Assembly (NCBI GenBank): GCA_973895155.1
Contig: OZ316895.1
Location: 17,989,880 to 18,053,879, forward strand
Source: Marsupella aquatica
Lineage: Eukaryota > Plantae > Marchantiophyta
Reading direction: 5' to 3'
Length of the DNA stretch: 64,000 nt
In this document: positions 61,559 through 64,000 of the stretch, piece after piece
How the letters are laid out: each line of letters begins with the position of its first letter
Numbering within the stretch: position 1 is the stretch's first letter
Notes under the pieces: generated by a model
Told to the model about the DNA's origin: nothing
What the model saw: only the letters and a program-made list of their open reading frames with translations
The model's database searches: none
Translations under genes and position numbers: made by a program

Positions 61559-64000
61559 TGTGGTGCGTCCCATGGCTCCCTAAACCCAAGAAACCCCTCT
61601 GCACAAGCCAATTCCCGTAGGTTTCGCTCTTGGCGCGGCCGATTTCGTGGCTTAGCGGCATGGGATGCTCCTAACCTCCTTCTACTACTATTACTATTAA
61701 CATTTTACTCACATATACTGGACAGATCCTTCATCGGGTCATGAGATACGTAGTCGGCCTATTCTAGGCCTTCCCTTGTCCTCCTCTCTCTGTTTTCCTT
61801 TAGGTATGTTTGGATTCCGCCGCCAAAATGATCCCCAACTAGCTTGGGTAAGCCGCTAAGACCTCTCTCAGCTCGACACATCCAACTCTTACTACCTTGC
61901 TTACTCCCTTCTTGGTTGATGTGGGCAATCTTCAAACAAGTTAATGCGACACACAAATAGCAAAATGACTCCTTCTGACTGAGTTATACCATGCACTTGC
62001 CATACAAACAGTACTTCTCATATACAAGATCTGCGAACTAAGCCGTGAGGCCAACTCTATTCATCTCTTATGTATGAGGAAACATGAATATACACAAGGG
62101 TCATAGTATAACTAACCGAGAGCTTCTTTAACTACTTGATCCTAGCCCTGCTGGTGCACTAGAAACTTGCTAAGGAAGAAGGCCCTGAACTCCCCGCTGC
62201 CCAGGTACTTATCCTGGTAGTGAATCCGTCTAATTCCTTGCAGCGTAAGCCTAATCTACCTAACCATAATCTACCTATGTACAGCGAGGTAGGAGCACAA
62301 GTGTTGCTCTTACCAGTGGATCCGCAATCCCACTAAGCTAAGTGTCAGGGCCGCCCCTTGGTCATGATCCTAATTCTAAACTTGGAGATCTGAGCCTGCC
62401 CTGCCCACTCACGCCTCCTCCCTCCACGTCCGCCCTCCTTAAAAGGAGCGGCCCTCCACCACCGTCATGGCAGCGGTGTCTGGTCCTCAATGGATGCCCC
62501 CAACACTTCCTCCCTCCACGTCCGCCCTCCTTAAAAGGAGCGGCCCTCCACCACCGTCATGGCAGCGGTGTCTGGTCCTCAATGGACGCCCCCAACACTT
62601 CCTCCGCAGCCACTACCGTAGGTCTGTCCTCTGACAGATTACCTGCTCCGGACCGAGTCAACTCTTCATCGGCCTGACTGGGTCCACCCTCGGCTTCGGC
62701 CTCAGCATCGGCCACGGCCTCCCCGGCATGTTCTAGTGGTGGATCCGGTACCCCGACTTCATCACCAAGTATCCTAGCCTCGGCTTTGCCATCCCCGCCT
62801 TCTAGGGCAGTTGGATCCTCTGCCATGACCCTACCTGAGGTTGGTGCTAGGTTTACCTCCTTGGTCACGACGGCTTGAGGAGCCGTATTACTCCCTGACC
62901 CAGAAGGTTTCCGCTTCTTCTTCTTCTTTGGTTCGGCAGCTGGCCCCTTCCCCTTGCCACTTACCTCCGGCACTGGTGCGAGTATCTCGGCTTGTACTTC
63001 GGCCAGTACTACTCCTGGTAAATCCTTCTCCCTAGCCAGGGCTGTCTCTTCTTCCTCCCTGAGTCATTCCTGAAACTCCTGTGCCGTCTGTTTTATGCCA
63101 TCAAAGCTCGGGGGAGCGACATCTGGTGGGGGAGACTCGGCTCTACTGGGTCCGGTCCCCTCGAACTACTCTTGGAAGAGTGGGGATGAACCTGCCACAG
63201 GTCCTTATTCCTGGAACATGATGATCCGACCCGTAGCCGGAGTCATCATTGTCGTAGCCTTCTACCGTCTCCTCCTCGGCTCCCCCCGTTGCTGTCCTGG
63301 TCCTGTCGTGAACACGGCCTCATAGATCACGGGTCCTGGTTCCTCCGGCTTCCACGTTGATCTCATCTTCTCCTTGTCGTGACCAGGGGCTTCGGGCTGC
63401 TTTTCCTCGGCTTTGGGACTTGAAGCTCCTACATACATTCGGACTCCCGGCTTGTGTTCCGGCCTCCTTCTCTCCTTGACCCCGGTAAAGGGGTTTTCCC
63501 TTGTAAGTTGGCTAAGGCCGACTTTGGGAGCAGTATTCTGTACCGGTCCCGTTGCCATTCTCCTTTCCTTCTCCAACAATTTTAGCAGATTCTGCATGCC
63601 TAGTTGCTGCATTGGCAAGTCCTCCTTCCTCGGCCTAAACACCTGCTCGATTGTAGGACTGTCGGGCTGGGTTGGTTTCTCTGTTGCCGGCCTTGGTTCC
63701 GGAACCTCTTCTGGTGCTCTTGCCTACAGGGGCAGTACCGGGGCAAATATCTGACTTTGGGCATACCGGCACAACAGCGGCATGTGATAACCAAGCCGGG
63801 ACACGCTTCCCATGCCGATCACCAGCTGTTCCTCCTTCAAGATCTTCTTTAGTTGGGTGAGGAGGTACCCATTGTAGTCTTGGCTTGGGTCTGGCCTCTC
63901 TGCCAGATAGACCTGTGCCTTGCCAATCTCTGCCCTTGGCAAGTTACAATGCATGGTCACCCGCAAGAAATCGATCATTTCTCCTATGTGCGGGTTTGTG
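61559..64000 (-). mobile_element. Family A' LTR (3' part; runs off the window), deleted ORF
   Basis: Starts tgtggtgcgtcc and is homologous to 7868 onward. Internal duplication near 62410-62600 and a deletion near 63018. Confidence 0.88.

Overview
Land-plant genomic DNA (a non-seed plant is my guess, not proven) made almost entirely of nested LTR retrotransposon debris, with one intronless host gene (21937-22464, predicted plastid protein). I reconstructed the nesting by hand from TG...CA termini and 5-bp target-site duplications (TSDs). The main observation is a non-chromoviral Ty3/gypsy family ('A', tRNA-Asn PBS) with ~4.65-kb LTRs that carry a complete ~1,200-aa sense ORF inside the LTR itself (N-domain, plant-transposon/PMD-like domain, disordered linker, coiled coil, basic tail). 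Three further TSD-bounded TG...CA units of 3.9-4.9 kb (B, C, D; probable solo LTRs) encode divergent homologues of that protein. A fifth homologue (H) lies beside a Copia-type 3' region. Families A, B, C and the apparently non-coding family G share a covarying hairpin+ATACCTA motif near the LTR 3' end. Also present: three decayed Ty1/copia elements, a 1.5-kb family (F) with non-canonical AGT...ACT ends, small solo LTRs, two MITEs and tandem repeats. Family letters are my own labels. All homology calls were made by eye, without database searches.
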